A model generated the notes under the pieces. It was not told the DNA's origin. It did not search any database and saw only the letters and a program-made list of their open reading frames with translations. Shown piece after piece: positions 28,089-38,201 of a stretch of DNA of 64,000 bases. The DNA comes from Candidatus Parcubacteria bacterium. Lineage in GTDB: Bacteria; Patescibacteriota; Minisyncoccia; Phycocordibacterales; EsbW-18. Position 1 is the stretch's first letter. The number at the start of each line of letters is the position of its first letter. The position numbers and the translations under genes are program-made. The DNA lies in the NCBI GenBank assembly GCA_039798445.1, contig JBDKFZ010000012.1, positions 2,407 to 66,406 of the forward strand, given 5' to 3'.

Positions 28089-28511
28089 TTATTTATTTAA
28101 ATGTTCATCCATCGCCTCGTTCGCAAGCTCATCGGCCGCACCATTCTCCTCACGCATCACATGAACGAATGAGATGCTTGGGAACTTGGCGATGAGCGTG
28201 CCAACTTTGGCAAATTGGAGTTTGAGTCCAGCGTCTTTTACTTTGTATTCTTTTCGAAGCTGTTTGATTACGAGCTCGCTGTCCATGCGGACTTCAACAT
28301 GATTCTCCTTTCTCCCCTCTTGTGGAGCAAGGGTGTCCAACTCGCCAAGCGCGCGGATGAGCGCTTCGTACTCGGCCTGATTGTTGGTTGTCTCACCGAT
28401 GTACGCTTTGCCCGTCTTGATGACAGCGCCATCCTGCTGAATAACAAAACCGATGCCCGACGGCCCCGGATTACCTCTCGCTCCCCCGTCTGTGTTTACG
28501 ATAAATTTCAT
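28089..28511 (-). CDS. rnhA: Ribonuclease HI family protein
   Basis: TDGGARGNPGPSG, TNNQAEYEAL, DSELVIKQ, REENGAADELAN. Confidence 0.93.
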   Translation of the reverse strand: MKFIVNTDGGARGNPGPSGIGFVIQQDGAVIKTGKAYIGETTNNQAEYEALIRALGELDTLAPQEGRKENHVEVRMDSELVIKQLRKEYKVKDAGLKLQFAKVGTLIAKFPSISFVHVMREENGAADELANEAMDEHLNK

Positions 28512-28578
28512 GTGCCATGAGTATACCAAACGAAACCCGCCCGCCAGCCTCAAGTTGAGGGTGGCGGGACGGTGGGGT

Positions 28579-28881
28579 TCACGCGTGAAGCATGAATGTG
28601 TCGGTGGAGATCGACTTCTCCGGCGAAACGTAGTGGTACTGGGACTGCTTGAGCTTCCCACGTTTCACCAGCCGACTGAGCGCAGAATTGACTTCGAACG
28701 CTCTGATGAAATACGGCTTGTGCTCGAGCTCGTCGGGCCAGGAAGAGAACTTGACCCTCCGGACGATGCTGCGCCGATGGGTTCGCGAATCCTCGGCGGG
28801 CAAGTCACGAGGGGCGACGTCCATGACCAGGATCTCGACAGCCTTCCGTCGCTTCTCCAACCAGCGCTTGATGAAGTTCAT
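28579..28881 (-). CDS. Hypothetical protein (100 aa)
   Basis: SD GGAGG before the ATG; downstream hairpin at 28533-28578. Confidence 0.6.
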   Translation of the reverse strand: MNFIKRWLEKRRKAVEILVMDVAPRDLPAEDSRTHRRSIVRRVKFSSWPDELEHKPYFIRAFEVNSALSRLVKRGKLKQSQYHYVSPEKSISTDTFMLHA

Positions 28882-28938
28882 TGAAACCTCCGGAACAGGT
28901 GCCGACCATTCGGCGATTCTAGATATTGTATACGCCTT

Positions 28939-30591
28939 CTACGACAAAATATCAACGATACGCAATCTGATGCCTCGACGCTTTCCGAATGCATCTTCTT
29001 CGATATGTGCGAGAAGCGAGACCGTCTCCCCCGCTCTTACGCCCTTGAGCTTCTCCTCAGAAAAGAATTGGATCGCAGAAACAGCGCCATTATCACCCAA
29101 CGTAAGACGTGTGTGCTGTTTTTCTTTACCAAAAGGCTCTGCACCTGATACCAAACAATCTTTGAAAAGGAAGACCGGCTTCTTGTTGCCTGCACCAAAC
29201 GGTGCCATGCGCTGTACATCCATGTGCATCGTGTAATTCACATCAGAGAGTGCGAGTTCGGCATCGTGTTCAGGTATTTCTTCTTGTGCTATCGCAACAG
29301 CACGACCAAGCGCTTCGGAAAGCGATTCTTCGAGACGGACGATGTGCTGGACCGTCGTTGAAAATCCGCCCGAGTGTTTATGTCCGCCGTACTCAACAAA
29401 ACATTCTTTGGCTTCTGTCATGAGGAGCATGATGTCGACACCACCACCCGAACGACATGAGCCTTTGATCATTGTTGATTCGCCTTGGCCCCACACGAAT
29501 GCGGGGCGATTGTATGTTTCGGCGACCTTGGTGGCAGCGAGACCGAGCAGACCAGGACGCCAGTGTGTATTGCCGACGACGACCACTGACGGGATCTCTT
29601 CGCGCGAAGCGAGCATCGCATTAATTTCTTTTGTCATCGATGCAACAGCGCCTTTGCGGCTGTTGTTGACGCCCTCGAGATGTTCGGCAAGTAGGTCTGC
29701 TTCTTGCATCGTTGTTGCAGCAAGGAGTCGGAACGCGGCCTCGGGCTCGTCCATGCGCGATGCAGCGTTGATGCGCGGCGTGATGGTGAAAACCACATCA
29801 TCATCGGTGAGATATCGCTGACGGATTCGAGCACGATCACACAGTGCACGAATACCCGGACGCGGAGATTTGCGCAGCACCATGAGGCCGTAATGCGCGA
29901 GTGCGCGATTCTCACCAGTGAGCGCAACCATGTCGGAGAGCGTTGCAATGCCGACCATATCCAAAAGCCATTTTTCCCATCCAAATGGAATGTCGGCGAC
30001 GCGCGGGTCATTGTCGAAACGAAGCTGTGCGATCACCGCTTGGACGACTTTGTATGCAACACCGGCTCCACACAAAGATTTATTCGGATATTCATCTCCG
30101 ATCTTATTGGGATTCACGACGATACATTTTGGTGCGCCCTCCTCCCCCTCTTGGTGATGATCGATGACGATGACATCGATGCCTGCAGCCATGGCGCGAT
30201 CGATGCGAGTCGCGTCGCCCATTCCACAGTCAATAGTAATGAGAAGTTTCACGCCGTTGTCGATGCATTCGTCGACGACACGCTCGTTGAGACCGAATCC
30301 TTCGGTGTTGCGGTGTGGAATCGAGATGGAAAAATCCTTCGCTCCGAGCTTCGTGAGTGCGTCGTTCATCAAAACAGCTGAGGGGATTCCATCAGCGTCG
30401 AAATCGGTGAAGACTTTGATTTTCTCCCCTTCCCTCAGCGCTGTGATAATGCGCTCGACCACCTTGTCCATGTCAGACAAGAGCATCGGATCAAGGACAT
30501 GCTTTGCATAGTCAGGAAAAAGGAAGGTCTCGATGTCTTCCTCGGTGGTTATGCCCCGCAAAGCAAGGAGTTTTTTGAGCAGTTCGGTCAT
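28939..30591 (-). CDS. recJ: ssDNA-specific exonuclease RecJ
   Basis: DFDADG, TIDCG, DHH, LCGAGVAYK, PRINAASRM, GGHKHSGG, PFGAGN. Confidence 0.97.
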   Translation of the reverse strand: MTELLKKLLALRGITTEEDIETFLFPDYAKHVLDPMLLSDMDKVVERIITALREGEKIKVFTDFDADGIPSAVLMNDALTKLGAKDFSISIPHRNTEGFGLNERVVDECIDNGVKLLITIDCGMGDATRIDRAMAAGIDVIVIDHHQEGEEGAPKCIVVNPNKIGDEYPNKSLCGAGVAYKVVQAVIAQLRFDNDPRVADIPFGWEKWLLDMVGIATLSDMVALTGENRALAHYGLMVLRKSPRPGIRALCDRARIRQRYLTDDDVVFTITPRINAASRMDEPEAAFRLLAATTMQEADLLAEHLEGVNNSRKGAVASMTKEINAMLASREEIPSVVVVGNTHWRPGLLGLAATKVAETYNRPAFVWGQGESTMIKGSCRSGGGVDIMLLMTEAKECFVEYGGHKHSGGFSTTVQHIVRLEESLSEALGRAVAIAQEEIPEHDAELALSDVNYTMHMDVQRMAPFGAGNKKPVFLFKDCLVSGAEPFGKEKQHTRLTLGDNGAVSAIQFFSEEKLKGVRAGETVSLLAHIEEDAFGKRRGIRLRIVDILS

Positions 30592-30620
30592 TGGGGTAGC
30601 GATACTATATACTATCAGCC

Positions 30621-31016
30621 ATGAATGACTGTATCTTCTGCAAAATAGCCTCAAAAGAGATCCCTGTTGACCTCGTCTATGAAGATGAACGTATTATCGC
30701 TTTTCTTGATATGAAGCCGATAAACCCCGGCCACACCCTCATTGTTCCCCGGGAGCACGTCGACCACTTCTTCGATATGTCATTACCTGTCTACCAGCAC
30801 GTATTTGATATGGCAAAAAAGATTGCTCCCAAACTAAAGGATGCCATGGGCTCAGCCCGAATAGGGGTTCTCATAGAAGGTCTTGATGTCCCACACGCCC
30901 ACGTGCATCTTATTCCGATAAATGGTGGAAGGGAGATAGACCACGAGCGGGCACGGATGGCCACACCCGAGGAGTTGAAAGAGACGACAGAGAAAATCAA
31001 ATCCGCTCTCCTATAA
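30621..31016 (+). CDS. HIT family hydrolase
   Basis: DCIFCKI, PGHTLIVP, HAHVHLIP. Confidence 0.95.
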   Translation: MNDCIFCKIASKEIPVDLVYEDERIIAFLDMKPINPGHTLIVPREHVDHFFDMSLPVYQHVFDMAKKIAPKLKDAMGSARIGVLIEGLDVPHAHVHLIPINGGREIDHERARMATPEELKETTEKIKSALL

Positions 31017-31068
31017 AAACTACGCCCCGCACGAATGTGCGGGGTTTGCTTCAGGGGAGCTGCGGAAA

Positions 31069-31398
31069 TCAGAGTCCTCCTTCGGCGTACGTGGAATCGT
31101 GAGTAGGAACCAGCTCGCAGAACATCTTCCCGAAGATCAGGATGCTGGTAGGAGGGAGCTCATCGCTCCACCACTCTGCCGCTTCCGTCTTCCCGACAGC
31201 ACGCAGAGCTTCCACCGCATCTCGGAGAAGAACACCGTAACCGTTCTGATTCTCCGGGGCGGGCTCACCACCGAACACCCCGAACTGAGGAGTAGTGGGG
31301 CCAGACTCCCCTACAGTGGGAAGAACGACACCGACCCAAGCCCTTCGGATCTCTTCCGGCGCTTGTCCAGCAGGCACTGAGATGATTTTAATCGCCAT
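31069..31398 (-). CDS. Hypothetical protein
   Basis: Strong SD AAAGGAGGTGA; downstream terminator at 31024-31047. Confidence 0.75.
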   Translation of the reverse strand: MAIKIISVPAGQAPEEIRRAWVGVVLPTVGESGPTTPQFGVFGGEPAPENQNGYGVLLRDAVEALRAVGKTEAAEWWSDELPPTSILIFGKMFCELVPTHDSTYAEGGL

Positions 31399-31448
31399 AG
31401 CGATCACCTCCTTTCCGAGGTATTTCTAACACACCCATTGGTCAAACA

Positions 31449-32552
31449 CTAGGCTTCAAGCGCCGCCACCGCAGGAAGCGTTCCGTATGCAAAAAGATGG
31501 AGCATCGCACCACCGGCTTCTGAAACGAACGCAAATGCGCCGGTGGTGTCGATATCTTTGATGGATGCGAGTGTATCTCCCCCACCGATCACAACCTGCG
31601 CCTCACAATCCATGAGCATGTGCGCGAGCAGATGTGTTGATTCTCCGTATCCGCGTTCGTAATCGCCGAGCGGTCCGTTCCAGATGACTGTTTGTGCCTG
31701 CGCGATGAGCGCGCTGAGCTCGGCGAGGCTCTCAGTACCTGCGTCAACGATTGATTCATCTTTTTTCACCTCGGTGATGGGACCGACGCGCATGATGCCG
31801 TCGGGACCGATGATGCGTGCGTCGATTGGAAGTTTGATGCGCGCGTCGGCAGTGATGGCGTCCAAATCAGGGATGTTCTTCGATGCACTCACCGAGACAC
31901 CAATCTCCTCCCCTTTGTCTTCGAGCAACACGTTCGCAGAAACACCACCGGCGTACACGGTGTCGAATCGGTCAGTCATCTTGGCAATGAGTGGAAGCTT
32001 GGTCTCAGGCTTTGCTCCGCCGATGATTGCGAGTGACGGCGATGTAGGAGATGCAAACTTCGACAATCCCTCGTATTCGCGCTGGAACGAAAGACCCATA
32101 ACACTAGGCATAAGCTTGGGAACGCTCACGACTGAGGCATGTTCACGGTGAGCCGCCGTAAAATCATCATTCACATAGATATCTGCGAGCTCGGCGAGCT
32201 GTGCAGCAAATGCAGGATCGTTCTTCTCTTCTCCGGGATAACGACGGAGGTTTTCGGCAAGAACAACTTTGTCATTTCCTGTATATGAAAAAATGTCTTC
32301 GACAAAAACGACCGGTAGGTGTTTTGAAAGATAATCAGCGACCGGTTTGAGAGACGTGTCAGCGCCGTCCGAGTGGTGGCTCACCAAGATAATGCGTGCT
32401 CCGGCATTGATGAGAAAATCGATTGTCGAGACGCAGTCATCGATACGAACCGTATCGCGAATCGTTTCACCATCCATTGGCACGTTAAAAGGTGCTCGCA
32501 CGAGAACGCGCTTTCCTTTGATGTCACCAAGTGATGAGAGTCCTGAAGGCAT
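31449..32552 (-). CDS. pgk: Phosphoglycerate kinase
   Basis: GKRVLVRAPFNVP, ENLR, YVND...HREHAS, GGAK, WNGPLG, GGGDT. Confidence 0.96.
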   Translation of the reverse strand: MPSGLSSLGDIKGKRVLVRAPFNVPMDGETIRDTVRIDDCVSTIDFLINAGARIILVSHHSDGADTSLKPVADYLSKHLPVVFVEDIFSYTGNDKVVLAENLRRYPGEEKNDPAFAAQLAELADIYVNDDFTAAHREHASVVSVPKLMPSVMGLSFQREYEGLSKFASPTSPSLAIIGGAKPETKLPLIAKMTDRFDTVYAGGVSANVLLEDKGEEIGVSVSASKNIPDLDAITADARIKLPIDARIIGPDGIMRVGPITEVKKDESIVDAGTESLAELSALIAQAQTVIWNGPLGDYERGYGESTHLLAHMLMDCEAQVVIGGGDTLASIKDIDTTGAFAFVSEAGGAMLHLFAYGTLPAVAALEA

Positions 32553-32554
32553 AC

Positions 32555-33322
32555 CTATGCTTTATCGACTGACGCGATTATTGCCTTGAATTCTTTTGCA
32601 TCGACGCTCGCATGACCGACGAGGAATCCGTCGACGGTCCCCTCTTGCAAAAGCGACGCCGCGTTCTTTGATTCGACCGAACCGCCATAGAGCACACGGA
32701 CCGCTGTGCCCGGCTTTCGTCCGTACATGCTCACCAAGATTTTTTTAATAAAGAGCGTCGTCTCGTGAAGCGTCGACGGCGTCATCGCCTGATCGGCAGA
32801 CTTTCCGATTGCCCACACCGGCTCGTATGCAATAACGACCGACGCAAGCTTGGGACGCGTGATGCCTGTAAGCGATTCTCTAATCTGACTCTCAAGCGTC
32901 GTGAGGTAACCACCGCGCATGTCACGTTCGTTCTCACCAACGCAAACAACTGCGGTCAAACCGTGTTTGATGACGGTCTGCGCTTTGAGCGACACCAAGT
33001 GGCTCGTCTCCCCCGCTGCGCGCATCTCAGAGTGTCCGAGGATTACGTGCGACACACCAAGACTGCGGAGCGCGTACACGCTCGATGCACCGGTATGCTT
33101 TGGTTCTACATCCCAAAAAGCATCTTGTGCTCCAAGACGGATCGACGAAGAAACGTTTGATGCAAAAAGTCCGAGGAGAGGTGTTTGAGGACAAACAACA
33201 ACGTGCGTACGTCGTGCAGTACGAGCGGCGTTCTGACTGGCGCGGTAGAGTTCTTTCGCCTCTTTTGGAGAATCGATGTAAAGCTTCCAGTTACCGATGA
33301 CGAGTTTTTTGTTTTGGGCCAT
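32555..33322 (-). CDS. tpiA: Triosephosphate isomerase
   Basis: GNWK, GHSE, AYEPVWAIG, YGGSV. Confidence 0.96.
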   Translation of the reverse strand: MAQNKKLVIGNWKLYIDSPKEAKELYRASQNAARTARRTHVVVCPQTPLLGLFASNVSSSIRLGAQDAFWDVEPKHTGASSVYALRSLGVSHVILGHSEMRAAGETSHLVSLKAQTVIKHGLTAVVCVGENERDMRGGYLTTLESQIRESLTGITRPKLASVVIAYEPVWAIGKSADQAMTPSTLHETTLFIKKILVSMYGRKPGTAVRVLYGGSVESKNAASLLQEGTVDGFLVGHASVDAKEFKAIIASVDKA

Positions 33323-33512
33323 ATAAAGAAAAGAGATGTCCCAATTGTAGCATGTGGCAACTTTCAACTTATTCCTTTTAAAATAAGGCTGGAGTGACTT
33401 TTAAGGGATGAAAAAACCTCGCATCCGCCGGTATGGCGAAGCGAGGCTCCCATCGAGACACCGATGGATGTGTTGGGCGGTATGCCCTCTGCAGACAGAG
33501 AACGTTTGGGCT

Positions 33513-34148
33513 TTAGAAGTGAGGGTCCATGTTGACCGGCAGGGTCCCGACGAAGCGCCACTCCTCTCCCCAAGATTCAGGGGAGCGACCCATATGAACG
33601 TACCAGTCATCCTTGTGGCAACAGCCGGCGAGGAAGCAGAAAACGCCCCCAACCTGCCACTGCGTGGCGTAATGTCGACCATCCCGGAAGAGAGGCTGGG
33701 ACGAAAATGCCTCCGCCAGGGCACGAGGATCGGGCGTGAGGCGGTTGGCACCATAAAGCTCGGCCACCTGAAGGGAACTGATGCGACCCTCCTGATAGTA
33801 CCCCGAGCTCGGCTCGATGATGCCGAGATCAACTTCTTCACCAAGACCCGTCGGAACGGCTTGGAGAACCTCGGGGTCGATGTGCTGGTGTCCCCCGATG
33901 GACTCGATGACTTCCCACGGAGCGAGACCACGATTGACCTGGATGTGCGATACGGTGGTGATGTCGCCACCCTCCACGTGCTTACGGACCACTGCCAGAA
34001 GCTCCGGAGTCAGGAGATCGGGTTGATGGTTCATAGCGTCCCGCAGTAAATCTGCGGGGAACCGCTCCGCCCGAACTGCAAGGTCAAGCCTTTCGAAGAG
34101 CTTCGCGATTTGAAAGCCACTTGCAATTTGAATACTCGGGGTCATCAT
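33513..34148 (-). CDS. Hypothetical protein, possible C-type-lectin-like C-terminus
   Basis: SD AAGGAG before MMTPS; aromatic-rich end SWGEEWRFVG. Confidence 0.65.
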   Translation of the reverse strand: MMTPSIQIASGFQIAKLFERLDLAVRAERFPADLLRDAMNHQPDLLTPELLAVVRKHVEGGDITTVSHIQVNRGLAPWEVIESIGGHQHIDPEVLQAVPTGLGEEVDLGIIEPSSGYYQEGRISSLQVAELYGANRLTPDPRALAEAFSSQPLFRDGRHYATQWQVGGVFCFLAGCCHKDDWYVHMGRSPESWGEEWRFVGTLPVNMDPHF

Positions 34149-34293
34149 CGTTCTCCTTTTGAGTGCTGTACCCAATATGGGATTCATAGCTTCACCAGAA
34201 TGGTGAGTTGCTACTACGTAGTGCTCTTAAGATACATCCGCGTGCACTATGACAATTCTAGATGAATCTGTCAACAGATGATTTGATTCCCTC

Positions 34294-35709
34294 TTACTCA
34301 ACCTCTTCCCATTCAAGGAATGTAAACTCGTCCGATATTGTTGGTGTGAGTGGCGGTGGTGATGTAACAAGATCCGAGTCATAAATATTCACGCGGTTCT
34401 GGTATCCCGACACAACGTTCGAGCCCGATGTCCATTTGGTACCTTCACGCGCATTGGAGACGATCGTACCGTTCACGGTAAGCAAGGTGCGAAGATAGTT
34501 TGCACCTTCTGATGATGGATAGTAATTACGTCCGAAGTAACCATTTTGTGCGATGAAGATACCACTGAGGCTCATCGTGCTCGGAGAATTGAACGGAATG
34601 AGGATGGAACGGTCTGCAATGACGGTGAGACCATCGGCGCCGGTGTCGTCAGCATAGGTTATATTGCCGTTCAGGATGACGTCAGCGCGTGCGGAAGGGC
34701 TTATAATTTCATCTGCAGCGATAATCACTTTTTGATCGACGACTCCCTCAATCCACGTCTTTGCTTCGACAAAGATAACCGGACAATCCTCTGGAATAGT
34801 CACTGTCGTCTGACTTTGTGTGCTTGTAATCGTGTGATAGTCGCTGTGCCACTGTGTGCCAGTATCAACGTGCTGTGCATCCACAGCAGACGTGCCGGTT
34901 ACTCGCCATCGTGTGATGGTACCGTTGCCATTGAACCGTATACGCATACCGCGCTGGTCAGAATTGCTCGTCTCGTTGATATATAAACCTTGTGAGACAG
35001 CGAGTGCTTTGATCTGAGCAAGATCCGTCGTGATACCGGCAAAATCCACCTGCGGAAGCGGATACTGCCACAATGCACTCCCCGACCCTGAACCAAAGAC
35101 TCCCGTTGTCGTGGCGGTCGGACTGCACCCAAACGAACTTGTACATGACCATGTTGAGACAGCGCTCGTCACAAGCGAATCGTTGGTACCGTCCATACGA
35201 ATACCGCCGTTACTATGATAATTACCACTGATTTGACGATCGGAACCCGCCCACACGTTGCTGTTGATGATGTATGCATACGATGCAACCGACGGCCGTG
35301 CGTAGCGGGCATACACCGTCCGGCGCAGTGTTGGATCCTCATCCGTCCATCCTGTTGATGTGATTGAGATAGTGCTCGTCTGTCCACAGAATTCCTCACT
35401 ATCAACGTTGAGCTCAAACGTACCCACAACCCCGCTCTCCGGATCGCTATACGGAACCTGCTGTGGTCCGGGTTGTCCGGTTCCATTCGTAAGATCGTTC
35501 GGAAAATGCGCGAGACGCCATTTATAGTAATCAACACCCGCCTCTGCAATCTGAAGTGCACGCTCGCGAGTTTCTTTTTTTACTTGGCTCTTGGTCTGAA
35601 GAAAAACAAATCCCACAAGCCCACCAAGAATCGTGAGGAACACGGTGCCGAACACGACAACCGAGATAACGATGTATCCTCGATGCTTGGAGTGATCGGT
35701 CATACTCAC
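34294..35709 (-). CDS. PilX-like minor pilin or assembly protein
   Basis: HRG^YIVISVVVFG prepilin-like leader; ALQIAEAGVDY; ends WEEVE. Confidence 0.8.
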   Translation of the reverse strand: MSMTDHSKHRGYIVISVVVFGTVFLTILGGLVGFVFLQTKSQVKKETRERALQIAEAGVDYYKWRLAHFPNDLTNGTGQPGPQQVPYSDPESGVVGTFELNVDSEEFCGQTSTISITSTGWTDEDPTLRRTVYARYARPSVASYAYIINSNVWAGSDRQISGNYHSNGGIRMDGTNDSLVTSAVSTWSCTSSFGCSPTATTTGVFGSGSGSALWQYPLPQVDFAGITTDLAQIKALAVSQGLYINETSNSDQRGMRIRFNGNGTITRWRVTGTSAVDAQHVDTGTQWHSDYHTITSTQSQTTVTIPEDCPVIFVEAKTWIEGVVDQKVIIAADEIISPSARADVILNGNITYADDTGADGLTVIADRSILIPFNSPSTMSLSGIFIAQNGYFGRNYYPSSEGANYLRTLLTVNGTIVSNAREGTKWTSGSNVVSGYQNRVNIYDSDLVTSPPPLTPTISDEFTFLEWEEVE

Positions 35710-36314
35710 AGATTGATTTTAAGGTTACGAATTGCAGCGCTCGAACGGAGCACATATTCGTTCGGCAACGTCTCAGGGTTCACATTGACGACGAGACTCA
35801 CCTTCACAAAGACCGCAGGAGTAACGTTCGTATACGACGTGAGTTCTGCACCCGCACTATTAAAGTATTCAAAAATGGGAACGTTCTGCTCGACATTGCG
35901 CACATTCTCCGAAACAACACTCACTATCCCATTCGCCTCATTGTAGACTGCAGGCGAACCAACAGGATTAGTGATGCTTTTCATAAACGATGTCCCGTCG
36001 AGATAGAAGCGAACAAGCTCGGCATCGTTATCCCTATCAAGGTCAGTATAGATTGCAACAGTTGTCGATCCGATTGTAATGATGGGATAGGCACCCGTCT
36101 CCGAATACCGCGCTTCGCGGATATCGCGAACCATCTGCTCGACACCACGACGTGCATTCTCGACTGCGATTGCTTGCTCCATCGCATATCTATTTCCGCG
36201 GTACAACATGACAATCGAGCTCACAACCGCCGTGCTGATAATCATGAAGATAGCGAGCGTGGTAATCGCCTCAATAAGCGTGAAGCCTCGACGATTGTTC
36301 GTTGTGAAATACAT
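35706..36314 (-). CDS. Prepilin-type (PilW/GspJ-like) minor pilin
   Basis: RRG^FTLIE cleavage/methylation motif. Confidence 0.88.
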   Translation of the reverse strand: MYFTTNNRRGFTLIEAITTLAIFMIISTAVVSSIVMLYRGNRYAMEQAIAVENARRGVEQMVRDIREARYSETGAYPIITIGSTTVAIYTDLDRDNDAELVRFYLDGTSFMKSITNPVGSPAVYNEANGIVSVVSENVRNVEQNVPIFEYFNSAGAELTSYTNVTPAVFVKVSLVVNVNPETLPNEYVLRSSAAIRNLKINL

Positions 36315-36317
36315 ATT

Positions 36318-38141
36318 CTAAGGATTGAGGAGGACCGAATACGTTGTTGCTCCCGAAACCGAGAGCCCCGTGATGTTTTGTGTCGTAAATCCACTTGCCG
36401 ATACATCCAATGTGTATGAAGTTGCAGATAGACCACGGAAGAACGACTGTCCACATGCCGATGAGTCTATGGTTTCATCATACCCCGTTCTACTGAGACG
36501 CACTGATGCGTTTTCGAGCGGGACATTCTGGTCATTCGTGACATACACAAGAAGCGAGTGCGCAGTCGCAGGTGCAAAGATGAAATCAACAATCTGTGAG
36601 ATTGCTGGATTGAGCCCAAATGGCTGGAACGGACAAGCCTCAACAACCGAAAGGCTGCTTTCAGCGGATCCTTTGGTGATGAGGTAGGTGTCCCACTCGA
36701 CGTCTTCAATCGCAAGCGTTCCATCAACTCCGGTAGTGTGTGAATCGGTATATTTGTAGATAGGTGCACCTCCACCATCGGTGCCGATTGTCTTTGCTCC
36801 CTGCATCGTAAAGGTGGTTGTTGGACGTGGAATCGGACCCTCATCATAGGTAATCGTCCACGAACGAAGCGTTGGCGTAACCCATGGGTCACTGCTCTGC
36901 ACATCGCCGACCAGCGCAAGACTGGGATACTCAATAACCGACAAACCAGAAAGATCGACCGGTGATGAACTGAATCCCGAAGAATTGCCGGGAAGATCGC
37001 TGTCAGAAACCAGCACTGATGACGTCGCCGTTGTAGCGAGTAGCGAAACACGCACAGTCGTGCTTGCCATGGCAATCGCATCAAATGCCAACTCATGCCA
37101 TGTATTCAGATATACAGGAGCAACCGATGTGGCAGTCACAGAACCAGTAGAAAAATATGTTCCTGGGGCTCCCGCGAGCGTCACCTCCCCTCCCGACACA
37201 ACAACATCCTCTGCCTCCGCAACCAACGATGAATCAGCAAATGAGTCTGTCCACGTTGCGGAACGAGTCTCGTCAAATGAACGCAATGTGATGTCAGAAA
37301 GCTCGTCGATACGGAACGTTGAAGATGTGATGGTGTCCCCAATAACAGTGAGCGTCCCGGGCATAGGGTTCGGATTCGACGGCGAGGCCAGATAGGTGCG
37401 GTCTGTGCTGTGTCCGGCTTTCGTCGTTTCAATCTGATACGCAGTCGATGTTGGTGCACCAGGAAAATAAGCGACGCCGTCATTGCTCGAAAACGTGGAG
37501 ATGCTGATGTTCGGCGACACGACGGTATTCGTTATTGTTATCTCCGCATTGGATACCGGTGCACCTCCGGCATCAACAACATTCACCACAAGTGTTCCTC
37601 CCCCATCCAAAGTCTCAATGCCTTTTGGAACGACGTTAGTTATGAGCGACACATCGCGGTCGGTGCCACGGAATTGCCATGAGACGCTTACCTTGGCGAT
37701 TTTAAAATCTGCCTGAATCCCATTGGTATCAGAGGGCCCTGTACCGTCCGCAGCATGATCGATGAACTGAACAAATGTACGACGCGTGTAAACAATATTA
37801 TTGAGAGAAATGCTTTCTTCGGGTGGAATAGAACCTGCGGGAATGCCACCCAACACCGCGACGCTGTTGTACGGGAGACTTCGTATATATTCAATCTGTT
37901 CATTGGCGAGCGCAATCGCACCAGTCTTTGCCTTTCCCAATCCCACTGACACCACCGCAAGCCGGATGACACCAAAAAGACCGATGAAAATGAGCAACAT
38001 GAGCGCCGTACCGACCACTGCATCAATCAGAGTAGCCCCGCGCTGGGGCGTAGAAGCACGAAATCCGAATCTCGAAATCCGAAACAAATTCAAAGCTCGA
38101 AATCCTAAATCCAAAACAGGTTGTAAGTTCGTTTTGAACAT
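36318..38141 (-). CDS. Large prepilin-like (PilV-type) protein with carboxypeptidase-regulatory-like domains
   Basis: QRG^ATLIDAVVG; ALANEQIEYIRSLPY; VVDAGGAPVSNAEI. The start lies inside a repeat hairpin and is uncertain. Confidence 0.8.
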   Translation of the reverse strand: MFKTNLQPVLDLGFRALNLFRISRFGFRASTPQRGATLIDAVVGTALMLLIFIGLFGVIRLAVVSVGLGKAKTGAIALANEQIEYIRSLPYNSVAVLGGIPAGSIPPEESISLNNIVYTRRTFVQFIDHAADGTGPSDTNGIQADFKIAKVSVSWQFRGTDRDVSLITNVVPKGIETLDGGGTLVVNVVDAGGAPVSNAEITITNTVVSPNISISTFSSNDGVAYFPGAPTSTAYQIETTKAGHSTDRTYLASPSNPNPMPGTLTVIGDTITSSTFRIDELSDITLRSFDETRSATWTDSFADSSLVAEAEDVVVSGGEVTLAGAPGTYFSTGSVTATSVAPVYLNTWHELAFDAIAMASTTVRVSLLATTATSSVLVSDSDLPGNSSGFSSSPVDLSGLSVIEYPSLALVGDVQSSDPWVTPTLRSWTITYDEGPIPRPTTTFTMQGAKTIGTDGGGAPIYKYTDSHTTGVDGTLAIEDVEWDTYLITKGSAESSLSVVEACPFQPFGLNPAISQIVDFIFAPATAHSLLVYVTNDQNVPLENASVRLSRTGYDETIDSSACGQSFFRGLSATSYTLDVSASGFTTQNITGLSVSGATTYSVLLNP

Positions 38142-38196
38142 TTGGATTTAGGGTTTAGTGCTTCTTTCGGATTTCGTGCTTCGTGCTTCGGATTTC
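38052..38196. repeat. Inverted arrays of heptamer repeats (aaatccg / aagcacg-like) forming a long hairpin
   Basis: gaagcacgaaatccgaa...aaatcctaaatccaaa pairs with tttggatttagggttt...ttcggatttcgtgcttc. Confidence 0.85.
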
Positions 38197-38201
38197 ATCC
38201 C

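Noticed and set aside
33408-34049. 213-aa plus-strand ORF antisense to 33513-34148
   Set aside because: The minus-strand ORF has an SD and a downstream hairpin and matches the orientation of its neighbours. The plus ORF starts inside that hairpin region and is probably a shadow ORF.
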